64,000 bases of DNA. Origin: an uncultured Candidatus Rokubacteria bacterium (GTDB taxonomy: Bacteria > Methylomirabilota > Methylomirabilia > Rokubacteriales > DASRDR01). Below are positions 18,080 to 27,232 of this stretch, piece after piece; the first letter of the stretch is position 1, and every line of letters begins with the position of its first letter. The translations under genes and the position numbers were made by a program. The stretch covers positions 384,001 through 448,000 of the forward strand of contig CAWDVE010000017.1 in NCBI GenBank assembly GCA_963805625.1, in the 5' to 3' direction. The notes beneath the pieces were generated by a model that saw only the letters and a program-made list of their open reading frames with translations, was not told the DNA's origin and ran no database searches.

Positions 18080-19135
18080 ATGACGTTCTGGAAGAAGAAG
18101 AAGCGACCTGAAGTAGTCGGCCTGGACATCGGCACGAGCGCGATCAAGGTGGTCGAGCTCAAGCCGAAGGGGTCGGCCTACGAGCTGAGTGGATTCGGCA
18201 TCGCCCACGTGCCCGCCGGCGCGATTCAGGGGGGCGAGGTGAAGCAGCCGGACGCGGTGCAGCAGGCGATCCGACAGGCCCTCGTGCAGGGCGGGGTCCA
18301 CGCCACCGAGGCCGTGATCGGTGTGTCGGGAGGCTCCGTTATCGCCAAGCGCGTCAACCTCCCCAAGATGTCGGAGAGCGAGCTCGGCGAATCCATCCGC
18401 TGGGAGGCCGAGCAGCACATCCCCTTCGACATCGACGACGTCAACATCGATTTCCAGATCCTGCGGCAGGACGGACCTCAGCTGGAAGTCATGCTGGTGG
18501 CGGTGAAGAAGGGAAAGGTCCAGAGCTACGCGGACGTCGTGGAGGCGTGCGGGCTCAACGTCGTGGTGGTGGACGTCGACGTCTTCGCGCTCGAGACGCA
18601 GTACCAGCACAACGAGCCTGCTCAGGGCAACGAGGTCGTCGCGCTCGTGAACATCGGGCACGAGACCACGAACACGAACATCCTGCAGGGCGGGGTAAAT
18701 GTGTACGCCCGCGACATCTTCGTCGGGGGCCGGCAGTACGCCTCGACGATCGCCCAGCGCTTCGACCTGGCCCCGGCCGAGGCCGAGGCCATCGTCCGGG
18801 GCGAGCAGGGGTCGGTGAGCTGGGTCGAGGTGGAGCCGGTCCTGGACCTGGTCTCCCAGGAGATCGGCCAGGAGATCCAGCGAACGCTCGACTACTTCGG
18901 CACCACGGCCGAGCACGAGCGTATCCAGCGGATCTTCCTCTCGGGCGGCTGCGCCTTGATCCCGGGTCTCCAGGAGTTCCTGGCCGGACAGTGGGGGATC
19001 GAAGTGATTCGGGCGAACCCCTTCAAGCGGGTTGACGTGGGCACCGGGACCGATGCGGGCATGGTCGACAAGCTGGCGCCGCTCGCGAGCGTCGCGACCG
19101 GGCTGGCAATGCGCTATCCGGACGACCGGAAGTAA
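18080..19135 (+). CDS. pilM: Type IV pilus assembly protein PilM
   Basis: VGLDIGTSAIKVVEL, WEAEQHIPFDI, LVNIG, IFLSGG, ANPF, ATGLAMR. Confidence 0.95.
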   Translation: MTFWKKKKRPEVVGLDIGTSAIKVVELKPKGSAYELSGFGIAHVPAGAIQGGEVKQPDAVQQAIRQALVQGGVHATEAVIGVSGGSVIAKRVNLPKMSESELGESIRWEAEQHIPFDIDDVNIDFQILRQDGPQLEVMLVAVKKGKVQSYADVVEACGLNVVVVDVDVFALETQYQHNEPAQGNEVVALVNIGHETTNTNILQGGVNVYARDIFVGGRQYASTIAQRFDLAPAEAEAIVRGEQGSVSWVEVEPVLDLVSQEIGQEIQRTLDYFGTTAEHERIQRIFLSGGCALIPGLQEFLAGQWGIEVIRANPFKRVDVGTGTDAGMVDKLAPLASVATGLAMRYPDDRK

Positions 19136-19147
19136 GGACGGGATACC

Positions 19148-19900
19148 GTGGCGATCAAAATCAACCTGCTCCCACGGGAAGCGCGCACAGCCCGAACCGG
19201 GCGCGCGGCGGCTCCAACCCTCCGCGCAGGCGTCAGTGCCGGGCTCCGCACCCGGGCCGGGCTCCTCACCCGGGTCCTGGGCGGCGTCTTCGTGCTGATG
19301 CTGCTGGCGATGAGCTTGGTCGGGTATCGCGCCTGGTCCGCGAAGCGTGACTACCAGACTCAGATCACGAGGCTGAAGGCCCAGAACGAACAGCTGAAAG
19401 GTCAGCTCAACGAGCTCGACCAGGCCCAGAAGGCGAAGGTTGAGATCCAGCGGCGGATCGAGGTGATCGGCAAGGTCGCCAAGAGCCAGGGCGTGCCGCT
19501 GGCGATGCTCAACGGTGTGCTCCGGGCGGTGCCGCAGGGCGTCTGGCTCTACGGAATCGACATGAAGCCCCAGGAAGTCAAGGTGCGCGTCGAGGAGCAG
19601 AGCGCCGCCACGATGAGCGAGACGTTGGGACAGCTCCAGGCCAAGCGCTCGGAAGTCGAGGGTCAGGGAGCGCGCCCGCCGCAACGGGGCCAGGCGGTCA
19701 CGCGAGAAGTCTCGCAGCTCGCGGGATATTCCGTGGTCATCAAGGGCGGGGCGTTCAACAACTTCCAGGTCGCCGACTTCATGGACAACCTGCGCAAGGT
19801 TGGCATCTTCGCGGACGTGGACTTCGTGGTGACCGAGGCTGAACGGGTCGATCAGACGCGCGTCGTGTCCTTCGAGGTCACGGCGACGGTCAAGCTCTGA
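19148..19900 (+). CDS. pilN: Type IV pilus assembly protein PilN
   Basis: IKINLLP motif, TM, coiled coil, VPQGVWL, VADFMDNL. Confidence 0.92.
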   Translation: MAIKINLLPREARTARTGRAAAPTLRAGVSAGLRTRAGLLTRVLGGVFVLMLLAMSLVGYRAWSAKRDYQTQITRLKAQNEQLKGQLNELDQAQKAKVEIQRRIEVIGKVAKSQGVPLAMLNGVLRAVPQGVWLYGIDMKPQEVKVRVEEQSAATMSETLGQLQAKRSEVEGQGARPPQRGQAVTREVSQLAGYSVVIKGGAFNNFQVADFMDNLRKVGIFADVDFVVTEAERVDQTRVVSFEVTATVKL

Positions 19901-19920
19901 TCGGAGAGGGTTAGAGGACG

Positions 19921-20574
19921 ATGGACCGCGCGGAACGACAGCAGATCATCCTGATCTGCCTCCTCATCCTCGGTGTCGGCTACTTCGCGTGGTCCGGCAT
20001 CGCCGGCTTCGCTGGCGTGAAGGGCCTGCGCGATGAGACCGCGAAGCTCGCGGTGGAGCGGGACGGCCTGCAGAGGGAAGTCAGCAACGCCCAGAAGATG
20101 GTCGAAGACCTCGGGAAAATCAAGCGTGAGCGGGAAGCTCTCGAGGTCCAGCTGCGGGAGCTGTCTCGGCGGCTGCCGACCGAGCACGAATCGGCGGCGG
20201 TGCTCCGGAGTGTGGAGACGCTGGCCGGCAAGTCCGGGCTGACCGTCGGGCAAGTGCGGCGCCGGCCAAACCGCCAGCAGGAGCTCTACGTGGAGATCCC
20301 GATGGAAGTCGGGGTGGGCGGGGGCTACCACGAGTTACTGAAGTTCGCGGATCAGCTCGCGCAGCTGCCGCGCCTCGTCACGCTCAACGAGGTGAAGGTC
20401 CAGGCCCGGCAGCGCGCGGGGGCTCCGGCCGCCGCCCCCGCCGGCCGCGGCACCGATCTGGCGCCGGGGAGCATGCGCGCCGATCTCGTCGCGGTGGTCT
20501 TCCAGGCGGTTCCCATTCCTGCTGCGGCGGCGACGCCCGGGCCAGCGGCGGCCCAGCAGCCAGCCAAGCGCTAG
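19921..20574 (+). CDS. pilO: Type IV pilus assembly protein PilO
   Basis: TM plus coiled coil, RLPTEHE, YVEIP, GGYHELLKFADQLAQLPRLV. Confidence 0.92.
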   Translation: MDRAERQQIILICLLILGVGYFAWSGIAGFAGVKGLRDETAKLAVERDGLQREVSNAQKMVEDLGKIKREREALEVQLRELSRRLPTEHESAAVLRSVETLAGKSGLTVGQVRRRPNRQQELYVEIPMEVGVGGGYHELLKFADQLAQLPRLVTLNEVKVQARQRAGAPAAAPAGRGTDLAPGSMRADLVAVVFQAVPIPAAAATPGPAAAQQPAKR

Positions 20575-20583
20575 CGGGTCACG

Positions 20584-21123
20584 ATGGAGGGGATGATGCA
20601 CCTTCCAGGCTTGTCCCGGTCGGGGTTGGGTGGGCTCCGGCTAGTGACAGTCGTCGCCGTGAGCCTCCTGATGGCCACGGCGTGGGCTCAGTCCCAGCCG
20701 AAGTTCCCGACGCCGCTGCCCGTGCCGAAGGCGCCCGCGTCGGGTGCCGCGCCGTCGGCGGCCCCGGCGCCGGCACCTGCAGCCCCGACGGCCGGCGCCC
20801 CGGCGCCCACCGGCCCCCGGGACCCGTTCGAGCCCCTAGTGCGGAAGCTCGATCCGGGGGAGGAGCGAAAGGTTCAGGAGGTCGCGAACCTCAAGCTCGT
20901 GGGCATCGTCTGGGATGTGAAGGATTCCGAGGCAATCCGGGCGCTCGTGGAAACGCCCGATGGTCTCGGCTACTACCTGCGCCTCAACGAGGAGAAGTTC
21001 GGCGGGAAGGTCGTGGCGTTGGAGCGGGATCGCGTCCGGTTCGTGATCCGGGAGGAAGTCCCGGGGGTCGGCACGCGAGAGCGGACCGTCGAACTCCGGC
21101 TGCCGAAGCCGGACGGACAGTAG
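20584..21123 (+). CDS. pilP: Type IV pilus assembly protein PilP
   Basis: RDPFEPL, LKLVGIVW, ALVETPDGLGY; position between pilO and pilQ. Confidence 0.85.
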   Translation: MEGMMHLPGLSRSGLGGLRLVTVVAVSLLMATAWAQSQPKFPTPLPVPKAPASGAAPSAAPAPAPAAPTAGAPAPTGPRDPFEPLVRKLDPGEERKVQEVANLKLVGIVWDVKDSEAIRALVETPDGLGYYLRLNEEKFGGKVVALERDRVRFVIREEVPGVGTRERTVELRLPKPDGQ

Positions 21124-21164
21124 GAAAGCCTGTGGCTATCGCGGCCCGATCGCGACGGTCGAGG

Positions 21165-22988
21165 ATGGGGGGGAGCGGCGTGGCTAGACGAGGAGTCCTG
21201 GTCCTCCTGGGCTTGGCCTGGACGTTTGCCCTCGCGGGGGCGGCGAGGGGAGGCGAGGTGGTGGGCAGCCCCGTGCTGCTGGCCCAGCTTCGCGCGCCGA
21301 TCGTCGCCCAGGCGGCCGGCGGGCTGCAGCGGCCCCGCCTCATCTCGCTGGACTTCAAGGACGCGGACATCAACAACATCCTCCGCATCCTTGCCGAGTT
21401 CAGCGGGCTGAACATCGTGACGAGCGAGGACGTCAAGGGCAAGGTGACGGTCAAGCTCCAGAACGTTCCCTGGCAGCAGGCCCTGGACTCGGTCGTGCGG
21501 GCGGCCAAGCTTGCCTACGTGCAGGAAGGCAATATCATCCGGGTCGACAAGCTCGAGAACCTCACGAAGGAGGCCGAAGCGGCTTTCAAGGCCGAGCAGC
21601 GTGAGGTGGAGATCTCGCAGCGGCGCAAGGAGGGAGACCTCCGGCTCGCCGAGCAGGAGCGGGCGGCTGCGCTGGCCCGCCAGGAGTTCGAGGTCAAGCG
21701 GCTACAGCTGGAAGGCTTGCTGGCCCCGCTGGTCGAGGAAGTTGTCAAGCTCAAGTACGGGCACGTCGGCATCAAGCGCGTCCAGTCCATCGACTTCTTC
21801 ACCGACACTATCACGACGTTCGAGGAGAAAGGTGTCGAGGACGCGATCTCGGGGGGGCTCAAGAAGGAGGAAGGCAAGCCCGCCGGGATGCTTTCCCCGA
21901 GGGGCCAGCTGACCGTCGACCAGCGAACCAACTCCCTGATCGTTCGTGACATTCCCGATAACATGGTCAAGATCAAGGCCTTCCTCGAAAAGGTCGATCG
22001 ACCCGCGGCGTCGGTCCTGATCGAGGCGCGACTCGTAGAGATGTCGCGGACCGACGCGCGGTCCCTCGGCGTGATCTGGGGTGGCGCGTGGACTCCACGC
22101 ACCTCGTCCAATGGGCCCATCGTCGACCTGCGGGGCGCCCCGCCGGGTGGACCGATCTCCGGCGAGACGGCGGGGGCCGCGACGCCGACGACTGCCGCCA
22201 ACTTCCCCGCTCAGCTCGGCAGGTTGTTGGCCGGTGCCACTCCCTTTGGTCTGGGAATGGGCTGGCTCGCGTCGAACTTCGCGCTCGACATCCAGCTCCA
22301 GGCGCTGGAGGGGCAGCGCCGGGCCCGGATCCTTTCGTCGCCGAGCTTGCTGACGGTCGACAACCAGCCGGCGACCGTGGCCAGTGGCCAGAAGTTCCCG
22401 ATCATCAGCCTGACGTCTGTGCAGGGTGCCCAGCAGGCGTCCATCACCTTCCAGGACGTGACGACGCGCCTGCAGGTCACCCCCCGCGTCGTGGCCGAGG
22501 ATCGCCTCGTGCTGACGATCGCCGTAAAGGACGAGATCGAACAGGAAAGAATCACCACGGCTTTCTTGATCGCACCAGTCGTAGCCACCCGGCAGACGAT
22601 CACTCAGGCCGATATCGCCGACGGCGGCACGGTGGTGATTTCCGGTCTTCGTCAGGAAGCCTTTCAGAACGACGAGAAGGGAATTCCCTGGCTCTCGAAG
22701 ATCCCCGTGCTCGGGTGGTTGTTCAAGAACGACCTGACGGAGTCGGTGCGACGCGAGCTGGTTGTGTTCCTCACGGCGAAGATCGTGGCGAATCCTGGCC
22801 AGGCCGGCCTCGCGCCGCCGGCTGCGCTACCGGCTGCGCCCGGCATGCCCGCGCCTCCGGGACCGAGCGGGCAGGCTCCGACGACCATCCCGAAGACGGT
22901 CTCGGCAGCGGCTCTGGTGCCGGCGCCGATCTCTTCCGGTCCCGTCGTCCGGCCCCCGGCGCCGGCCGATCGGGCGGGAGAACGATGA
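21165..22988 (+). CDS. pilQ: Type IV pilus secretin PilQ
   Basis: ISLDFKDADINNILR, VPWQQALD, VDQRTNSLIVRD, VLIEARLVE, GIPWLSKIPVLGWLFK; start 21165 or GTG 21180. Confidence 0.93.
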   Translation: MGGSGVARRGVLVLLGLAWTFALAGAARGGEVVGSPVLLAQLRAPIVAQAAGGLQRPRLISLDFKDADINNILRILAEFSGLNIVTSEDVKGKVTVKLQNVPWQQALDSVVRAAKLAYVQEGNIIRVDKLENLTKEAEAAFKAEQREVEISQRRKEGDLRLAEQERAAALARQEFEVKRLQLEGLLAPLVEEVVKLKYGHVGIKRVQSIDFFTDTITTFEEKGVEDAISGGLKKEEGKPAGMLSPRGQLTVDQRTNSLIVRDIPDNMVKIKAFLEKVDRPAASVLIEARLVEMSRTDARSLGVIWGGAWTPRTSSNGPIVDLRGAPPGGPISGETAGAATPTTAANFPAQLGRLLAGATPFGLGMGWLASNFALDIQLQALEGQRRARILSSPSLLTVDNQPATVASGQKFPIISLTSVQGAQQASITFQDVTTRLQVTPRVVAEDRLVLTIAVKDEIEQERITTAFLIAPVVATRQTITQADIADGGTVVISGLRQEAFQNDEKGIPWLSKIPVLGWLFKNDLTESVRRELVVFLTAKIVANPGQAGLAPPAALPAAPGMPAPPGPSGQAPTTIPKTVSAAALVPAPISSGPVVRPPAPADRAGER

Positions 22989-23605
22989 TGGATATGCGGG
23001 CGGTGCAGAGACTCGCAGTCGGGGCGGCGGTCGGTCTCGCCTTGCTTGCCGCCGCGGCGTCGCCCGCGCTTGCCCAAGAGTACACGATCCACCTTCACGG
23101 CCACACCGTACCCCTGAAGGCGAGCTTCTACGCCGAGGATCCGCCCTGGATCTTCTTCCGGGACGACGACAGCCAGTACGTGTTTGCCGTGGGCTGCGAC
23201 CGGATCCAGCGGGTCGAGCGTGGCGGGGCGGCGATCCCACCCGCTCCGTGCCCAGTGGAGCGGCTGCCCACGACGATGCCGCGCGTGTACCTCGGAATCA
23301 TGGACCTCGAGGCCAAGCGCCTCGACGACTCGATTGCCCGGCTCCGGGAGCAGACGCGCGCCTACGCGCAGGCGGTCATCGGCACCTTCGCGGCGACCGG
23401 TGAGTTCGCGGCCGACCCGAGCACGCGGGCCGAAGCGGAGCTGGCCCGGCGGCGGAACCTCGACGCCGTGGCCTTCTTGCAGAACCAGATCCAGGACACC
23501 TTGTTCGAGATCCGCCTGACGGAATCACGCGTCGGGACGCTCCTCGAGGCGTCCAAGACGTACCCAAAGTCCGAGCGGCAGCGGTTCTACTTCTTCACCA
23601 AGTAG
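22985..23605 (+). CDS. Hypothetical exported protein (signal peptide, small beta domain, coiled coil)
   Basis: ATGA overlap with pilQ stop; signal peptide ending ALA|QE. Confidence 0.75.
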   Translation: MMDMRAVQRLAVGAAVGLALLAAAASPALAQEYTIHLHGHTVPLKASFYAEDPPWIFFRDDDSQYVFAVGCDRIQRVERGGAAIPPAPCPVERLPTTMPRVYLGIMDLEAKRLDDSIARLREQTRAYAQAVIGTFAATGEFAADPSTRAEAELARRRNLDAVAFLQNQIQDTLFEIRLTESRVGTLLEASKTYPKSERQRFYFFTK

Positions 23606-23619
23606 AGACTAGCGAGGCG

Positions 23620-24705
23620 GTGCGGGAGGTCATGGTGCACCTTGGGGCCCGGAGCTACACGGTCCAGATCGGGCCGGGTCTTCTCGACGCGGCCGGGCCG
23701 GCGTGCGCCAAGCTTCGCCTCGGCCGCCGGGCGGCGGTCGTCACGCAGCCCGCCGTCGCGCCGCACGCCGCGCGCGTGACGGAGAGCCTCCGGAGCGCCG
23801 GCTTCGAGCCCGTGGTCCTCGTGGTGATGGAGGGCGAGGAGAGCAAGAGCCTCCGGGAGGCCGAGCGGCTCTGGGACGGGTTCGTCGCTCACGGCCTCGA
23901 CCGTTCCTCACCGGTCGTCGCGGTCGGGGGCGGCGTCGTGGGCGACCTGGCAGGCTTCGCCGGGGCGGCGTTCATGCGCGGCCTGCCGGTGATCCAGGTG
24001 CCGACGACCCTTCTCGCGCAGGTCGACGCGTCCATCGGCGGGAAAGTGGCCGTCAACCATCCGCGAGGCAAGAACCTCATTGGCGCCTTCCACCAGCCCC
24101 GGCTGGTCCTGATCGACCCCGAGGCGCTGCGGACGCTGCCGGAGCGGGAGTACCGCTCGGGCCTCGCCGAGGTCGTGAAGACCGGTGTCGCGCTCGACGC
24201 AGACCTGTTCCACTCGCTCGAGACGGGCTTGGACGCGCTTCGGCGACGGGATGCGGCCCTTCTCGAGGCGGTGGTGGCGACCTGCTGTGCCGCGAAGGCC
24301 CGGATCGTCGAGCGGGACGAGCGCGAGGAGACCGGTCTCCGCATGGTGCTGAACTACGGACACACGGTCGGCCACGCGCTCGAGGCTCTGTCGGGCTACC
24401 GTCGCTGGCTCCACGGCGAGGCCGTGGCCATCGGGATGGCGGCCGCCGGGCGGCTGGCCGTGCGAATGGGCTGGGCGGACGCGAGCGCGGCCGCGCGCCA
24501 GGAAGCGCTCCTGGAACGGGTCGGCCTCCCGACCCGGTTCGGCGGCATCGCCCCGGGCGAGATCGCCGATGCGCTGCGCCACGACAAGAAGGCCCGGGAC
24601 GGCCGCGTGCCCTTCATCCTGATGAGGAGCGTGGGGCGGGCCGAGGTCTGCCACGACGTCCCGGCGGAAATGGTCCTCCAGGTCTTGCAGGAGATCCAGC
24701 AATGA
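23620..24705 (+). CDS. aroB: 3-dehydroquinate synthase
   Basis: GGGVVGDLAGF, VPTTLLAQVDASIGGK, KNLIGAFHQP, LNYGHTVGHALE, LHGEAV. Confidence 0.97.
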   Translation: MREVMVHLGARSYTVQIGPGLLDAAGPACAKLRLGRRAAVVTQPAVAPHAARVTESLRSAGFEPVVLVVMEGEESKSLREAERLWDGFVAHGLDRSSPVVAVGGGVVGDLAGFAGAAFMRGLPVIQVPTTLLAQVDASIGGKVAVNHPRGKNLIGAFHQPRLVLIDPEALRTLPEREYRSGLAEVVKTGVALDADLFHSLETGLDALRRRDAALLEAVVATCCAAKARIVERDEREETGLRMVLNYGHTVGHALEALSGYRRWLHGEAVAIGMAAAGRLAVRMGWADASAAARQEALLERVGLPTRFGGIAPGEIADALRHDKKARDGRVPFILMRSVGRAEVCHDVPAEMVLQVLQEIQQ

Positions 24706-24740
24706 CTCGCGCCCCGATGCGGGCAACGGAGAGGGAGCCG

Positions 24741-25175
24741 ATGCGAAGGATGTCGTGGGGACCGATGCTGTGCGTTGTCATCCTCGGAGCGGCTCTGGCA
24801 AGCTGCGACAGCCCCAACCGGGGCGGGGGCACACAGCCCAGCGCAGCCTCGGGATTCCTTATCGACCTCGTCGCCAGCCCAAACGTTGTACGCGGGCAGA
24901 CGGCCGGCAGCGGCGAGGAGGCCGGAGGGTGCGCGCTGGTCCAGGCCAAGGTGTACGACACCAAGGGGCAGCTCGTCGACGGCACCCCAGTCGCGTTCAC
25001 GACCACGCTCTGCTGCTTCGCCGGCCCGGAGGAGGTCAACATCGTTTCGCAGGTCGTAACCACGTTCCGTGGCACGGCCACCGTGACCTTCTGCGCCAAG
25101 AGGGAGCGAGGGACGGCCACCATCACCGCCGCTGTCGAGGATGCCTTCGACACCGTGCTCATCACGGTCTTCTAG
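24741..25175 (+). CDS. Lipoprotein with Big_1/invasin-like Ig domain
   Basis: Lipobox LASC; VQAKVYDTKGQLVDGTPVAFTT, GTATITA. Confidence 0.72.
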   Translation: MRRMSWGPMLCVVILGAALASCDSPNRGGGTQPSAASGFLIDLVASPNVVRGQTAGSGEEAGGCALVQAKVYDTKGQLVDGTPVAFTTTLCCFAGPEEVNIVSQVVTTFRGTATVTFCAKRERGTATITAAVEDAFDTVLITVF

Positions 25176-25187
25176 GGGGCCAGGACC

Positions 25188-25742
25188 ATGGATGCGAAAC
25201 TGTCACCTCCCAGCGCGAGACGGCGCCCGTGGGCCTTCCGTCCCTGGACCCTCGTGGTCTTGGCCCTCCTTCTGGTGGCCGGCACGCTGATCCAGGCGTG
25301 CACGGATAACGACGCCACCACCGGGCCGACGTTTTCGTGCAACGAGAACCCAATCGGGCGAGGCGCCGGATCAGGAAGCGTCCGATCCCTCGCTGCCTGC
25401 CCTCAGAGCGGGGGGCCGGTCCCGCTCGTTGGAGACGGCATCGGTGGCCCGGAAGGCACGCTCTTTGTGCTGGTCACCGTTAACCCCGCCAGCATTGAGG
25501 TTGGTCGGCGGGCGAGCGTCCTCACGATTGTCACGAACGCCACCGGCATTGGCATTCCGAATAGACCGGTACAGCTGACCGCCTCGGGCGGGAACCTCGA
25601 CGCGACGTCGGGGGTGACCGACTCCTCCGGCCTATTCTCGACGACGATCTTTGTTCCGTGCGATTCCGTGGGGGGTCAGGTAACTGCCATCGTCGCGGGC
25701 AAGGTGTCGACCGGGACCTTCACAACAACGGGCGGATGCTGA
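25188..25742 (+). CDS. Lipoprotein with Big_1/invasin-like Ig domain, 3' end probably disrupted
   Basis: IQAC lipobox; VTVNPASI, GIPNRPVQLTASGG, GVTDSSGLFST. Confidence 0.7.
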   Translation: MDAKLSPPSARRRPWAFRPWTLVVLALLLVAGTLIQACTDNDATTGPTFSCNENPIGRGAGSGSVRSLAACPQSGGPVPLVGDGIGGPEGTLFVLVTVNPASIEVGRRASVLTIVTNATGIGIPNRPVQLTASGGNLDATSGVTDSSGLFSTTIFVPCDSVGGQVTAIVAGKVSTGTFTTTGGC

Positions 25743-26090
25743 ATGCCGAGCTGATCCGGGTGGGCCTGGCCCGAATCTCGACGCTGAACTGGCAATTCTG
25801 ACCATCACCCCCGCCGCGACGTACACCGTCGGGGCTCCGGCCGCGGCTCAGGTGTAGATCGTCGACGGAGGTTAGGAGGCCGGATCCTCGCCCGCGCTGA
25901 TGTGCCATCACCCCCTCCCCGCGGAGGGGGTGATGCTTTTTCGAGAGAGCTCCCGGTGGGCGTGGCTCCAGCCTGGCTACCGGCGGGTCATGACCTCCTG
26001 GAAGAGGTCGACGTAGCGGATGTTCCGAGCCTCAGCCCGAGGCTGGGCGAGGCCCACCCGGATCAACTCGGCGTTCAGCATGCGCCCGTT
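25727..26090. repeat. 46-bp imperfect inverted repeat (25727-25772 vs 26045-26090)
   Basis: 42/46 identical by manual alignment; both arms encode NGRMLNAELIRVGLA. Confidence 0.9.
25906..25941 (+). terminator. Intrinsic terminator between convergent genes
   Basis: CATCACCCCCTCC-ccgc-GGAGGGGGTGATG followed by CTTTTT. Confidence 0.85.
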
Positions 26091-27080
26091 CGGCAGGTAC
26101 ACGTACGCGAGCCAGTCCCCGTTCGCGCCGGATCGCTCGCGGTCGAACTCGAGGTGGACCAGGAGCCCGCGGTCGAGCCCGGTCCAGGGGTCCTCGAGGA
26201 CCCGCTCACCCGGGAGGGGCTCGACGCCGATCAGCCGGACGCGATGCAGGCGCTGGCTCACGCGGACCTCGATCCGGTCAGGCTCGAGCCGCCGAACGAA
26301 CCGGGCCGCCAGGCGTCCCCGCGACGACTCGGCCTCCTGGGGGAGGAGCTGGGCGATCTCGCCGAGCGCGAACCCCACGACCCCGCCAAGCCGGCGGAAG
26401 CGGATCTCGCCCGCTTCCAGCCAGAACCCGTCCACCTGCACCACGACGCCGTTGGCGAGTTGGAGGAGATGCGGGCGATTGCTGAGAGTGGGCGGCGGCG
26501 CGCCGGTCGGCCGGGCGTCCGCTCCGAGTCCCTGGGGTCCGAGCCTCACGCTCTCGCCGTCGGAGGCCCAGAGGGTGATCCAGGCCTCGGGCACGCCGGG
26601 GGCGGCGGGGACGCGCAGCACCCCGACCAGGTCCGACCGGTGGAAGCTGAGCGAGCCCTCGGGAGTGCCGACGCGGACCTCCGAGCCGGTCGTGCCGACG
26701 GTGCTGGCCCGGACCGTCGCTCCGCTCCGCGTAGCGACGTAGAGCGGGGTTCCGGCGCCCTCGCCCGTGGCCGGGGCGGCCGGCGGCAGCATCGCCTCCG
26801 TCTCCTCCGACTCGTCGGGCACGATCCGGAGCACCTCGTAACGCGGGATCCCCACCCAGCCCCCGTACTTCTCGAACCGGATCTGACCGTCCTGCTCGAC
26901 GTACTTCTGGACGACGATCGGATCGCCACCGTCGATCAGGTGGATGAGGTAGGCGCGGGGCGTCGCCGACCACCCGCGCGGGGAAGCCGTGGTCGGCTGG
27001 CCGAGGGCGGGTCCGCCGAGCATCGCGGCGAGCAGAACGCCCGTCCCGATCGCGCAGAGCGGTCTGGCGGCTCCAGCCAT
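25977..27080 (-). CDS. Exported protein with three small beta-domain repeats and a degenerate thermonuclease (SNase-like) C-terminal domain
   Basis: Signal peptide; VRLIGVE, LAYVYLPNGRMLNAELIRVGLA, NIRYVDLF. Confidence 0.75.
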   Translation of the reverse strand: MAGAARPLCAIGTGVLLAAMLGGPALGQPTTASPRGWSATPRAYLIHLIDGGDPIVVQKYVEQDGQIRFEKYGGWVGIPRYEVLRIVPDESEETEAMLPPAAPATGEGAGTPLYVATRSGATVRASTVGTTGSEVRVGTPEGSLSFHRSDLVGVLRVPAAPGVPEAWITLWASDGESVRLGPQGLGADARPTGAPPPTLSNRPHLLQLANGVVVQVDGFWLEAGEIRFRRLGGVVGFALGEIAQLLPQEAESSRGRLAARFVRRLEPDRIEVRVSQRLHRVRLIGVEPLPGERVLEDPWTGLDRGLLVHLEFDRERSGANGDWLAYVYLPNGRMLNAELIRVGLAQPRAEARNIRYVDLFQEVMTRR

Positions 27081-27086
27081 GGCCTC

Positions 27087-27200
27087 ACTATACCGGGGGG
27101 CGTCGCGAGGTCCAACGACGGCGAGGGGTCCGGAAGCGACGGCGCGACGCGCGTTTGCGCCTCACCGACATTGACAAGCTCGGAGCGGGGCCCGTATAGT
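27087..27200. promoter_or_regulatory. Divergent sigma70 promoters
   Basis: + strand TTGACA-18-TATAGT (27171-27200); - strand TTGGAC-17-TATAGT ending 6 nt before ATG 27080. Confidence 0.7.
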
Positions 27201-27232
27201 GAGGGCCGGCTCGGGCCAGGTCGAGACATCGC

